This document shows, piece by piece, positions 1 to 11,989 of a stretch of DNA of 64,000 nt; the first letter of the stretch is position 1; the number at the start of each line of letters is the position of its first letter. The position numbers and the translations under genes were made by a program. Below the pieces are notes generated by a model. It saw nothing but the letters and a program-made list of their open reading frames with translations. It was not told the DNA's origin and ran no database searches. The stretch is taken from assembly GCA_008632985.1 (NCBI GenBank), contig QPGO01000256.1, positions 1 through 64,000 of the forward strand, given 5' to 3'. The stretch is from Psammoneis japonica. Taxonomy: Eukaryota.

Positions 1-1808
1 ATGAGTTGTTGTGATTGAACAAGACTTGTTGTCTTGGAGAAAACCAAGGGACATCTTTTGCTTGCTTTTTTGTCTGGTCAGAAGCTCCAAGAAACACAGA
101 AAGCACAATGGGGTTGTCCACTGGGCAGACATGGCCAATGGACACACCACAGTGGGAGTTCTTCCTTCCTGTGCATTGACCAGAAGTGCTGTCACAGTCC
201 TTGCACATGCAGGTGGAGGAGGAAGAATCAGCAGGAGTTTTGCCTGCTTTCTCAGACAGAGCCTTGAAATCCAATCAACCAAGGATGGGGTGACCCTCAT
301 TGACAATCTAAAGGCTGTTGTTGTGGTGATTTTTGTTTGGAAAATGCACATCACAAACAAGATGTTGCGCTGTCACAACAAAAGTCAACAACAGATCTGC
401 GAACATCCAAGCACATCATCATGTGATGACAATGTTTCCCATCAGGGTGTGTTGATGCTTGACTCCTGTCAAGATTGGGCGGTGCAAAGACAACACAAGC
501 AAGTGTGTCCAATGCTTGCAGCTGGCCCAGCCAAGCTTGTAGAGTGATGAAATGTTCTTCCAGTGTGATTGTTTGGGTTCTTCAAGCATTCAATCACTTT
601 GGCTCAGATCGGAGATTGCTCAGAGGTGAGATGGGCCAACAGGAGATGGTGGTCTGTGCCTCCCCCCTGTGCAAGTGGGGGGGTTGTTCTGCATTGCTGC
701 TTCTGCGACGCTCAGTGTGCCGCAGAAGCAGCACTCATGGCTGTGAACACCTGACGAGCCACAGCAACCTCATTTTTTTCTTTCATCAATGTTGCACTGC
801 ACGTTGATGAGCAGAGAGTGAGTTTTTGCTTGCAGCTCATGCCGCCCACCCTTTGTGGCTCTCCAGCAATGGCTCGAATTCCGGGTCCCCGGAATTGTGA
901 GCTCTGGCTCAAGGTCTGGTGTTTGTGGCTTGCGCCACAACCAACCAGAGTGCTCAGTCAGGAGCATCACCACCAGAGAAGAGCAGAGTCAGAGAACAAC
1001 AGAGGGCAATCAACCAGTGATTGCATGGCATGCAACCTCCATGTGTTGATAAAAACCCGCGTGATGACCTGTGGAAAATTACAAACGTGAAGCACCGCAA
1101 AAGGTGTGGCAAATGAAGATCATTTGCCACAGTGCATCACGCAGTTGTGTTGCAATGACAAGATCCAAATGACCATGGGGGATCCTTTGTGTGAGGCTGG
1201 AACTGGAAAGTTGATGGCACCAGAAGTGCCAACCAACCAGCAGGCAAAAGGGGTCTCCATGGCCAGCCACTTTCAGCTTGCGGAGGGCTGCAAATGTCCT
1301 CCTTGTCATCATCCAAGTCCTTGGTTGATCTAGATGAAACCCCTTGCTCTGATCTCAGCATGTGCAACATCACTCAATGGGGTGTTTGAGGCATCTTTGT
1401 TGGATTCCTGCCCAACCAGGCTGGTCACTGGACACATGTTCCTCAAACTGGGTGCTTGGTTGTCAGCATTTGTGCTGCTTTTGACAAGCACTTTGTTTCC
1501 ACTGGTCTGCCCCACAATGAACTTGTGTGCTGATGCAATGCCCGCTCATGGACATGCACTTTTGTGTTCCAACCTTGTCAATCAACTGCATGCGCTGGTC
1601 TTCCTTGCACGAAAATGGATTTTTCCTTGCCACGGCAGAAGCATCGGCAACTTGCACAATGTTGGGGAGTTTCAAAGCCATCAAAAGCCATCCATTTTAC
1701 TGGCTTGCTCCTGCATGGGTGCCACACTGCACCTGGTTGTTGCTGATCAGGAGTCATTTTGGTGATGTGACAAACTTTTGGCACAGACTTTTTTCTTCTC
1801 AGTTGTGC

Positions 1809-1810
<2 letters not shown>

Positions 1811-1838
<28 letters not shown>
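1811..1838 (+). repeat. (CA)14 microsatellite
   Basis: Read directly from the sequence. Confidence 0.95.
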
Positions 1839-1839
<1 letters not shown>

Positions 1840-3059
1840 CAAAAAACAAATGCAGGTGCTCCCAGATCATTGGATGGAACTCCTCCTCAAAAATGCGCAC
1901 ATTTTCTCAAATTAAAATTGAACAGATTCCAGCCGATGGCTCCCCAAAAGTGAGCAAAATGTGTCAACAAGGCCTCCGACAGATCAACCATTTAGTTGCC
2001 TGTCCATTTGCCCTCATTTCCCATGGCAAGATGATGATGCTTGTGGAGCTCTGAATTTATTGAGTTCCTTTTTTAGTTGATTTGGTGAATTTCTGTGTTT
2101 GCCATGTGCACTGCATGGAAAAAATGCGCGACCCAAACTCAACTGGGAGTGCCAAATTTGGCTGACGCAGCCAGAACTTTACACACAAACTGTGGGGTTC
2201 AGTGACAAAATTAAGTGGAACTGTCCCCCAGGCATGGGCTGGGCAACATGTGACCAAAACTTGTTGTTCTCCCAATGTCTTTCACATTTTCTCTTCTTCA
2301 AAGTGTCAAGATTAACAAAAACTTTGAATGGAGGATCGCAAAGGCTGTCACTTTGTCCAGGATGATTGAAGCCACCCAGCATTCACATCTTGTGTCATCT
2401 ATTTTTTTCTCATGCTGGCTCAGGAGAATTGAGGCACAATCTCCGAACAATTTAACCACTGCAAATGATTCCTCTGCTTGGCAATGTTGTGCAGTGCCCA
2501 CTCATTGCCGATCTCCCCATTCACATGCATGGCCTGCCTTGCACAAGAATTGGACAGCATTGAAAATGGCAAACCCACCAGAAGGGCATCGTGCAAAGCA
2601 TTGCAGCAAAGTTTCTGCAGCTTCATGAGTGATTGGTTGAAAAATGATCAATGCTTGCAAAGAACACAAGAAAGAGACCAAGCTGGCATTTGGCAAGAAA
2701 CCAGCTGGCTTGACAAGCAACAGAGAATTGAATGAGCACAAATTGACAAAATGATCTTGAGTGCTGCTCACAGCATCAAGGTGCAAGTCTCATCAGTCTC
2801 ACCAAAATTGGCCATTGGTGAGATTCATGAAATCCAAGACAAGGTTGGCATGTGGAAAATGAAGTTGAGTTCTGCTGTTTGCCACCTGCAAATTTGCACA
2901 AGAAAGGAGTGGCCCAAAGCACTGCACAGCTTTTTTTTTGCACTGGCACCAAGGCTGCTGCAAATCCTTACAAGCATTGGCTGCAGCACAAGAGGCCAGT
3001 GCACCAGATGATGAAAATTGCAAATGAAAAGCAATCTCTAAGATTCCAAGTTTCTGCCT

Positions 3060-4060
3060 GCATCCCATGTCTGGAACTTGCACCACCAAAACCTTGGGAA
3101 CCATCATCCAATGAGTTTGCACACAGAATGAGGATGTTGTTGAGCTGAAGGTCAACACTGTCACCAGCTTGTCTCAATCCTCAGGGCTCAGGGCTGAGCC
3201 CAAAGGGGGACCAAAAAGGGGGATCAAAGGGGGTGTGTGAATGAAGCACATTGCATTTCTGCAATCCGGCCATGCAATGGTGAGTTTAACCACCTGGAGG
3301 AGATCACAGTTGCTCTGGTGATGACTCTGCATTGTACAAACACAAAGCAGCCAATGCAACCATTTTCCATCTTGACATGAAAGGGGATGGCTTGCATGAC
3401 ACATGTGACCAAGACGTGTGTGAGGATGATCATGAGAAGCACACAGGCAGGTGTTGCAGGGACAAGGCTGCTCTTCTGAGTCCACGGGTGATCTCTTCAT
3501 GGACAATGATGAGAATGTGGAACCATTTGAACTCAAGTCATCATGTCCCAAGGCAGAAAAGCATGCACCTGAGGAGATGGATGAACATCTCATGGCCAAG
3601 GTGATGCTGCCCAGGGGTGGCGAGCTCCCAATGCAAAGGACAAGAGAGCCACAAATGTGACTCAGATGGAATGCCAACCAGAGCTGGGAATTCCAACCCA
3701 TGTTGGATTCCTGACTGTGCAAGGTGGAATTTCCGGATGGATCCACTGATGCATTTGCAGCACACACTGTTGCTGAGAACTCATTCTCCCAGACAGACAA
3801 TGAATGTGGGACTTGCCAAATCGTGAAGGAGACAGTGGGTCACCAAAGTGATGCGTGCACCATTGAAATGGACAACAGTTGTTTCACTGCCTGTGATGGC
3901 AGTCAGAGACCCAGACAAATGACTGTTGGCTCCAAGTTGAATGGAAGGATGGCACGACTGACTGGATGCCTTTGGCTGAAGTCAAGGAGTCCTTTCCCAT
4001 GCATGCAGCTGAGCATGCAGTTGCAATGAGATTGCCAGTGATGTGAACCATCTTTTAACT
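3060..4060 (+). mobile_element. Ty1/copia LTR retrotransposon pol remnant (region between integrase and RT), frameshifted
   Basis: Fragments 'DEHLMAKVMLPRGGE', 'EFPDGSTDAFAAHTVAENSFSQTD' and 'WKDGTTDWMPLAEVKESFPMHAAEHAVA' resemble diatom copia pol motifs (EV.LPRGGE, VEFPDG...AN.IAEN..SQVD, WKDGTT.W.PL...KES.P...AEYAVAN). Confidence 0.75.
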
Positions 4061-5873
4061 GATGAGTGCAAAGACTCATTCCATCCAGTGTGTCACTGGA
4101 TAAAAACCACCAATCACATCATTCAAGTCCCAATCTCATTTGAGCACTTGGTTCTTGCACTCTGTCACAAGTTCCCGGAGATTGACAACAAGGTCATCAA
4201 CATCATCGTCAACTTCATCCAGAACATGCTTCACTTCTTGTCCTTCTCCCGGGGTTCCCCTTGAAAACCTTGAACAAGAATCCACAAAAAGGCAAGGTGT
4301 GGTCAACCAAGATGCAGCATTGTTTTGTTGTGGGTGCTCCCACTGACCTGCATTGATGCCAATGAGCCAATTGGCTTTTTGTTGATGGAACCTCTCAACC
4401 TGGGATCCAAGAGCCAGTTGCTGAGACCAAGAAGTTCTCTGACTTCTTGGAGGGGATCACTGACTCTCAGTTGGAGATGAACATCATGAACAGCAACAAG
4501 GGCAAGTCCTCAAGCTTTGAGCTTTGCCAGCAGTGTGCAAAGTCTCTTGTTGAGAATGCCAAGAACTGCAAGATTGGCAACATGCCATTGGCTCAGTTCA
4601 GAATGAATGCAACCCTGGAAAGAAGGGTGAGCTCAGCAGGAAGAAGCAGGACAAGGAAAAGTCCAGGATTGGGGCTGGACACCATCTGAAAGACAAGTGG
4701 CTGGATCTGGCTCTGGAGGAATGAGCCAAGGTCAATGAGCTTCATGAGAAAAAAAGAAGGAGAAGACTGAGTGGAAGCACAAAGCACAAGGCTGCAGCTG
4801 TTGATGCCAAAGACAACAATGCTGCCAGGAAGATTGGCAAAGTCTCTGGCAACCCTCTCAAGCCTGACAAGACTGAAACCAAGCCCAGTGCCAACGGTGA
4901 CAAGCCTGCACCTGAGGAGCCAGGAGCTGAGGCCATGGGTGGAGCCATGCTTGTGCACATTTTGGGAGGGTGGTGCATGAGCCCAAGCCTTTGGTTGAGG
5001 ATGCAATTGAACACAAACCCTTGAAGGAGAACAACAATCAGGAATGATTGTTTGCACTGACAAGCAAAAGAGGACTCTTGTGACATTGCCCATTGGCAAC
5101 AACAGTTTTCATCTGACTTCCTCACATGGTGTTGCTGTTGGCGCTGCTTCCACCAGTTTTGTCAATTGAGTGTGTGCCTTGTCCTCAGTCAACACTGAAT
5201 CTCATGATGGAATGTCTTGCAACAAGCTTGACTTGCATGCAGACACATGTGTTGCTGGATCAGCCCATGTCCCATTTTCTAATCCCAGCCATGTCATTTC
5301 AGTGAGACCACACTTGGATGAGTGCGAGCTGGTTCACAATGTCCCCACCCAGTCAGTCACCACTGCCCAGACAGATCCCTCAAAATGTCAACCATGCTTT
5401 TTTACATTGCATGAGGCCACACATTTTGGGGACCAAGTGAAGAACTTGTTGACATGTCCCAACCAATTGCAAGCCAACAGCTTGACTGTGGATGATGAAC
5501 CAAGAAAGCAGTTTGACAGCACAAGTTCACACTCAATCTCATTCCTGGACTTGAAAGTCTGGATTCCTCTCAAACTGAATGGAGTTGACTTTGCTCACAA
5601 ATCATGCAAACTGACCAACAAAGACCTGAGGAACCACCATGTCTGGAACTTGCATCACTGACACCTTGGAAACCATCATCAATGAGTGCACACAGAACAA
5701 GGATGTTGAGTTGAAGCTCAACACTGTTGCCAGTTTGTCTTGATCATCAGGGCTCAGCCCAAAGGGGGGTCACAGGGGTGTGAATGAAGCATGTTGCATT
5801 TCTGCAATCTGGCCATGCAATGATGGGTTTAACCACTTGGAGGAGATCACTGCTGCCAGTGATGACTCTGCAT
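3068..5873 (+). repeat. Diverged direct repeat pair, ~3068-3333 and ~5641-5873
   Basis: Both copies run tgtctggaacttgca...cagggctcag...gtgtgaatgaagca...tgatgactctgcatt, indicating two copies of the same copia family. Confidence 0.85.
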
Positions 5874-6758
5874 TTCACACCCAAGATTTTGTCCAGGTGG
5901 TGGGGCATTGGTCTAACTGCTGAATGGAACACACTCAGGGTGACCACTCAAGCCAGAGTCAGGAGCATCTGTGCACCATCTGAGAGGAGGAAGGTGTGGA
6001 AGAAGACCCTTGGCTCAAGTTCCCAGTGTGTGTGACAAGTTTTGTATGGACCAAATGTTTTTGAAAGTTGGGTCAATTCATGGGGACATGACAGCTTGAT
6101 TTTCACAAACGGCCAAGGATGCTGCTGTTTCCACCCTTGGGACTCAAAGGGGAAGCATCCAGACTTGAAGATGTCTTTCATCCATGATGCTAGAGTTCCT
6201 CTTGAGGTTGTGCCTGATGGCACACCCAAGTTGGCTGACAGACACATCAAGGAGATCAGCAAGGAACACGGGATCAAACAGGGAGTGACTGTGCCCCATG
6301 GTGGCAGAAGATGTCAGAGAGGACCTTGAAATGCTTGATTGTGCCATTGAAGGTCTTGTGTCAGTTCCGAGTGCACTTTCTACACCATTCAGCAGCCGGT
6401 GTTTCCATGACGGCATGCATGCTGAAGACTCGTTCCATCCAGTGTGTCACTGGAAAAAAATGTCAATCACATCATCTGAGTCCCGCTTTCCAGTCTTGTT
6501 TGAGTGCTTGGTTCTTGCACTCTGTCATGAGTTCCTGGAGATCAACTGCAAGGTCATCAACATTGTCATCATCATCATCAATTTCATCCAGAACATGCTT
6601 CACTTCTTGTCCTTCTTTGGGTTCCCCTTAAAAAATCTTGAACAAGAATCCATGAAAGGGCAAGGTGATCAACCAGATGCAGCATTGTTTTGCTGCGGGT
6701 GCTCCCACTGACCTGTGTTGATGCCGATGAGCCAATCGGCTTTTTGCTGATGGAACTC
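4063..6758 (+). repeat. Diverged direct repeat pair, ~4063-4395 and ~6420-6758
   Basis: Both copies share aagactc.ttccatccagtgtgtcactgga...ttcatccagaacatgcttcacttcttgtccttct...gggtgctcccactgacctg. Confidence 0.85.
4390..6330 (+). mobile_element. Ty1/copia gag-protease-integrase remnant
   Basis: Gag-like 'DFLEGITDSQLE...FELCQQC', protease-like 'KLDLHADTCVAG...HFGDQVKNLLTCPNQLQAN' and integrase-like 'LSRWWGIGL...TLRVTTQ' and 'FIHDARVPLEVVPDG...HGIKQGVTVPH'. Multiple stops and frameshifts. Confidence 0.75.
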
Positions 6759-7246
6759 TTCCTTGTGATCATCTGAGAGATCTTCAGCTCCAAAACTGAC
6801 AGCTCTCATGACAGTGACCATTTTGCCATTTTTTTCATCACTCTTCCCCCAGAGCATGGCAGCAGCTTTGTACCTCCCATCTGAAGGAATGTGTGGCTTC
6901 ACTGCTGGAAACAATCTTGTGCAGTGAGGTGTCAAGCACTCTTTTCCATGCTCGCGAATCTCGACTGGGTTCCTGTTGTCATGTTCAATGTCCCAAATGA
7001 GTCAAGAGCAAGGACTGTTTTTGTTTCCCTTGTTTCTGCCCTGACCAGCGTGAATCCCTCTGTGAGCATTGAAAGTCATCCGTTCAATGCTCTGTGCAAA
7101 TGGAGAATGACTCCACTGCACTTGCAATTTCTTCATCAGTGCAAATGCTTGGTGAACATCATCAGGAGATTCTGACAGTCTCAACAGTTGGGTGTTTCAA
7201 CATGCTTCCTCTGCACTGAGCAAGACAAAAGAGATGACCAGCCACA

Positions 7247-8130
7247 ATGGCATTTTCTCTCACACCTGCTCAGGCCATCACAGGCATCTTGACTTTGCAG
7301 AGAAAGCTCACAGAGCCATCTGTGCAACAAGGCAGCAGTGGAGAAGCTCGTGGAGGGTGGCTTCGACTGCACACAGAGGCAAAACTGTTTCAGTTCCTCA
7401 AAACCCTCAAGAACAGAGCTGCAGAGAATGGGTGGAATGAAAACAATGGGATTTTGACAATTCCTGATGATCCGATGTGGACATCATGTCTGATGCCACC
7501 AACTTGTTGTGACACACTGCAGTCAAAAATGGTGAGGTGGACCTCATCTGGCTGCGATTGTGAGTGCACGCACATTGATCAACCGGCAAGGCTGGCACAC
7601 AACACAAAGATGCTGTGCCACCTTCTCATGAGTGCATTTTCTGAAGAAGTTAAGACTGGAATTTTGGCATGGGAAAAGCAACACAAAATTCTCAAGAACA
7701 ACAAGATGCATCCATCGGGAAACCTTCTGTTGAGGGTGAAAATCAAAGAAAGTCACCTCGACGCCAACACAACTGCATCAAGCATCAGGATGGCACTTGG
7801 CAATCTTGACAAGTGCACTGGCATGGTGTTGAGTAACATTGCCAAATTTGGTCAGTGCACACTGCTCTTGATGCAAGCTCTCAAGTCCTGTGGTGAGATG
7901 ATGGAAGACCTGCGGCTGGACTCATTCAAGGAACACCTTGCTGCACCTGACAAGTCATTTGGCAATTGTGTCCATTGCAAGCACAGCAAGCACAATTGAG
8001 GACATGACATGGATTCCAATGAACTTGTGAACCTTGCAGACAACAAGTGCAAGAAAAGATGGTGGAGATGGAGGAATGGAGAGCACCACCCGTCAAAGAG
8101 AAAAAGATTCTGGCTCTGGAAGCAAGGTTG
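7247..8130 (+). mobile_element. Ty1/copia gag remnant (second family)
   Basis: 'FSLTPAQAITG', 'PSGNLLLRVKIKESHLDANTTASSIR', 'LADNKCK' and 'EKKILALEA' resemble diatom copia gag. Positions normally Tyr read Cys or His. Confidence 0.75.
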
Positions 8131-9027
8131 ACACCCTCAAGAAATCATCTTGAGGCAAGAAGACCAATTGAAAGAGTCAGAAGAAAGGAGGGAAGAACAC
8201 GCATGGCCCCAATGTTGATGTTCTCTTGTGTTGTCGGGGACGCCGCAGTGGGGTGATCTTCGATCGAGCTTGAAATCGCCGAAACATGAAAACAAAACCC
8301 AAAATTTCAATTTCCAAATTGCGTGCCTTTTTTGGCACTTTGCACAGTGTGCAGAAGTCTACGTGTCTGTTTGTGTGTGCCAGGGTGCTCCAAAAGGTTT
8401 TCCCCACGGAACATGCTCCCTCCTTGCAGAAGAAAGACAATGTCTCGTTGTGTCATCCAGAGGTGCACAAATTGTCTGTTGTCATTCACACACACGCATT
8501 TGCACACTCAGCACAACGACATGTTTGGAAATTTTGCTTTGGAGCCATGGGGGGACACCTTGAGCATTGTGACAACACAGCAGCCTGGTTTGACCTTGGC
8601 TGCTCAAAAGCCAGCCCCCCGGCCGGGCCCGCTCTGCTTTTCCTCATCATGCACAGTGCGGCGCTCTCTTCTCTTTTGTCCACCATTGTCAAAAACAAGG
8701 CTTTGCAATGAATGGATGATCAAGAGACATTTTTATAGTTTGTTCTTGACAGGAATGCCAGTTGTGTTGTTGCTGTGTTGTGCCTGGCAGACACTCCACT
8801 TGCATGGCAATGTTCGTTTGGCAGGGAGAATTGCGAAGGTGAGCGAGCTCAGCGCAGCCGCCATGGCACAACTGAACAAAACTTCCCTCCGACAAGCGGA
8901 AGTTTCAAAATTCTGTAGAAACTACGTAGTTTCGATACCACATCAAGAATCAATCAAAGTATACATAACTATAAATACATAAAAGAGAATATCCAAAATT
9001 CCGTGCAAACACAAAATCTTGTTCACC

Positions 9028-11614
9028 ATGGTGGGAAGGATCCGTCGTGGCAGCATCGGAAGCTTCCGTGATGATCATGCCAGTGATGCTCGCATTGCCT
9101 CGCTGACGTATCAAACGGATGAGTCGGACGCTTGGAGAGCTCACATCGCCATTGATCATTACCAGCACCGCGGCAAGTTTTGGAATGCTGGGAAGCATCA
9201 AACGCTCATGCGTTACTTGCTCACAGCTTGTATCGGAATCACGCAGGCCTCGATTGCGTACTTTACCAACATTCTCTCGTCCTTTTTCATAACATCCAAG
9301 TACGAGCACGTCTATGATTTGTTGCAAGAAGGACACACGTTTCTTGCGTTTTGTCGGTTTGTCTTGGTTCAAATGCTTTTCGCCGTGATGGCATCCATGT
9401 TTGTTTGGATTGAACCGGTAAGCGCAGGATCGGGTATTCCAGAAGTCAAATGCTTTCTAAATGGTATTGATTTGCCGAGAATTGGCGCTCCCAAGACGTT
9501 AATGTGCAAGGTGCTTGGTGTGATTTGCTCTGTCTCTGCTGGGCTGCCTGTCGGAAAGGTGCGTGGTAGTCTGTCGCTTCAACCATGACATGAATACTCA
9601 ATGCGTACTCACTACCTCTATTCTCTATTCTACTTAACTGGTTTTTTAGGAAGGTCCCATGGTTCATTCGGGTGCGGTTGTGGCCAAGTCCTTCTCCGGT
9701 ACCATTCGCGGAAGCGATCTTGATACTCGAGATTTTGTTTCCTGTGGAGCGGCTGCCGGTGTTTGTACGGCCTTTTCCGCTCCCATTGGTGGCATTTTAT
9801 TTGCACTGGAAGAAGGTGCCAGCTTTTGGGGTCCATCGCTCACGTGGAGAACCTTCTTCTGTAGCATGATTGCTCTCACCATCTTGTATATGCTCAATAC
9901 GATCGGTTCAGCCTTGGGCAAAGTTGGCTTCAACAAGCTCTTTTCGTTTGGAAACTTCATTTATGAGGGCGCCGAATCGAGTTTTGCGGTGTTTGAATTA
10001 TTTCTATTCATCGGTATTGGAATTATTGGCGGTATCATCGGAGCTGTCTTCAACAATACCAATGAGAGAATCACGCACTGGCGAATGAAGAACGTGAACC
10101 ATTCCAAAAAGAGACGTTTCGTCGAAGTCATGTTGGTGTCTCTACTGGTCTCGACCGTATCCTTTCTTTTGCCTTTATTGTGGCCCAAGTGCACACCGTT
10201 ACCAGAGAACCCAATGGAGCATGAAGTGAAACTTTTGGAAGAGTTGGTGGCATTTCGTTGTGAAGCGGGCAAAGAGTACAATGAGCTGGCTTCACTGATC
10301 TTTACCGATGCGGGTGATGCAATTCGACAGCTGTTTCATTTGCACAAGCGCGCCTTTTCCAACACTTCATTATTCTTGTTCTTTGTGTCTTACATATCGA
10401 CGGCTGTCGTGACCTACGGGATTGCAGGTAACGAGAATCAGGAAACTCGGAATGCAGTGTTACTTTTGTCGTCCTCCTCACGAATCAATCGCGTTTTCAC
10501 CACTCAATTGCAGTGCCATCGGGATTATTTGTGCCGAGTCTACTATCGGGTGCTGCTTTTGGACGTTTGTTTGGAAACTTGGCAGTCAAGTTTTACCCAG
10601 AGCTTGCCTTTAGCAACACGTACGCTCTGGTCGGTGCAGCCGCAGTGCTGGGTGGTATGGCTCGAATGACAATTAGTCTTACCGTGATTCTGCTCGAGTG
10701 CACAGGAAATGAACAGTTTGTGTTGCCCCTCATGCTGACTCTCATGTCAGCACGCATTGTAGGCAGCTTGTTCAATGACGATCTCTATCATATTCATATT
10801 CACTTAAAGAAAGGAGTTCAGTTTCTTGAGGCTGAGCTCAAGTCCATCACAAGACATCACGAGTAAGTAATTCAAATTCCACTACATTCCACTCGCCTCT
10901 TTTCGCAACTGACGTGCAGTTCATACTTTTTACAATTAGTCTAGTGGCGGGTCAAGTCATGGGAGACAATGTCATGTTTCTTCGCCCCGTGGAGAACGTT
11001 GGGGTTGTTTGTGACATGCTCAAGTCATGCTCGCACGAAAACTTTCCGGTGGTGGATATCGACGATGGTGGAGTCTTGTTTGGAACAATGAGTCGGCATA
11101 CCCTTTGTGCTCTTTTAAAAGAGCGCGCCTTTGGAAACCCAAAGAAACCGTCCGGGAGAGATCAAGCGACCGTGCGGCTCTATTCGGATTATGTTACAGT
11201 GGATGACGAGAAATTTCTTCCTCTTGTGGAATGGAACGTCATTGAGAATTCTCCGAAAGATACGTCGGTCTTCGATATAAGGATAAGCCAACCCGACCGA
11301 GAATGCTTTGTGGATCTCCGCCCGTATACCAACACTTCACCCATTACTGTGCAGGAACACGCATCAGTTGCGGTAAGACATCAGACAACAAGAGAGTCTG
11401 TTACAGTCTGTATCTTGCACTCGCACTTACACCGCGCCTCACCTTTTGTCGAACTACGCTTCAGAGAGCATACGAGCTGTTTCGGAATCTGGGTTTGCGA
11501 TTTCTTCCTGTCGTGAATCGTCACAATCAAGTCGTTGGTACCATCACCCGTGCTGATTTAGCACCAGAAGGACTTGCTCGCACGCTTCTCGAAAAGGGGA
11601 AGAAGCACGTGTGA
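9028..11614 (+). CDS. CLC: CLC-family chloride channel / Cl-/H+ exchanger with C-terminal CBS domains; exons 9028-9558, 9650-10427, 10514-10862, 10940-11372, 11465-11614
   Basis: Motifs GSGIPE, GK|EGP (rebuilt across intron 1), LEE and GLFVP. Four GT-AG introns of 77-92 nt join the five ORF pieces in frame. Confidence 0.95.
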
Positions 11615-11989
11615 AGAAGCAAAATCAATGTCACGGTTTGAGTGAATCATGTGCAAATCTTTTTCCTTTGTATAGCTCTTAATAATTGCATGTATTATGT
11701 GAATGCGCTGTTCCTTCCGACAGCAAACGAATAATCATCTGTATTGTTTAAGCACTGTAGTGAGCTCCTGTTTCCTCTGCAGTCTCTCCATCGTCTCCTT
11801 GGAAGAATCCAATGAATGCATGTGCTGTAGACAGTGTGATTGTCAATTTGAATCGTGTGCGGTGCAAAAGACCAAGGTAAGATGCGATGAAAGGGCCACA
11901 CATGCTGAGACAGTCTAGCCCCATGTGTTGTTTCCTGTTGTCTTAGCGATTCGGACTTTCAATTTATGCCCAGTGATTTATTCCAAAAC

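Larger units (their letters stand above)
1..8890. repeat. TpA/CpG-eroded degenerate transposon block A
   Basis: Hand count gives 0 TA and 0 CG in 1-300, versus 9 TA and 22 CG in 9061-9360 of the adjacent gene. The block contains copia remnants and internal duplications. Its ORFs are nearly Tyr-free and rich in Cys/His. Confidence 0.85.

Noticed and set aside
1300..1765. PiggyBac transposase remnant
   Set aside because: Resemblance is limited to a few residues, with no TTAA-flanked TIRs or catalytic motifs.
1811..1838. (CA)14 as a converted (TA)n tract
   Set aside because: Strand-symmetric conversion should give a CA/TG mixture. A pure CA tract is explained by ordinary slippage.
1..8890. Dozens of 60-250 aa ORFs in this and the other eroded blocks as genes
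   Set aside because: They overlap in all six frames, lack Tyr and arise from loss of TAA/TAG. Only frames with recognisable TE or gene motifs were kept, as remnants.
8232..8894. Solo LTR bounded by TGTCGG...CCGACA
   Set aside because: No matching target-site duplication, no second copy and no clear PPT/PBS in the window.
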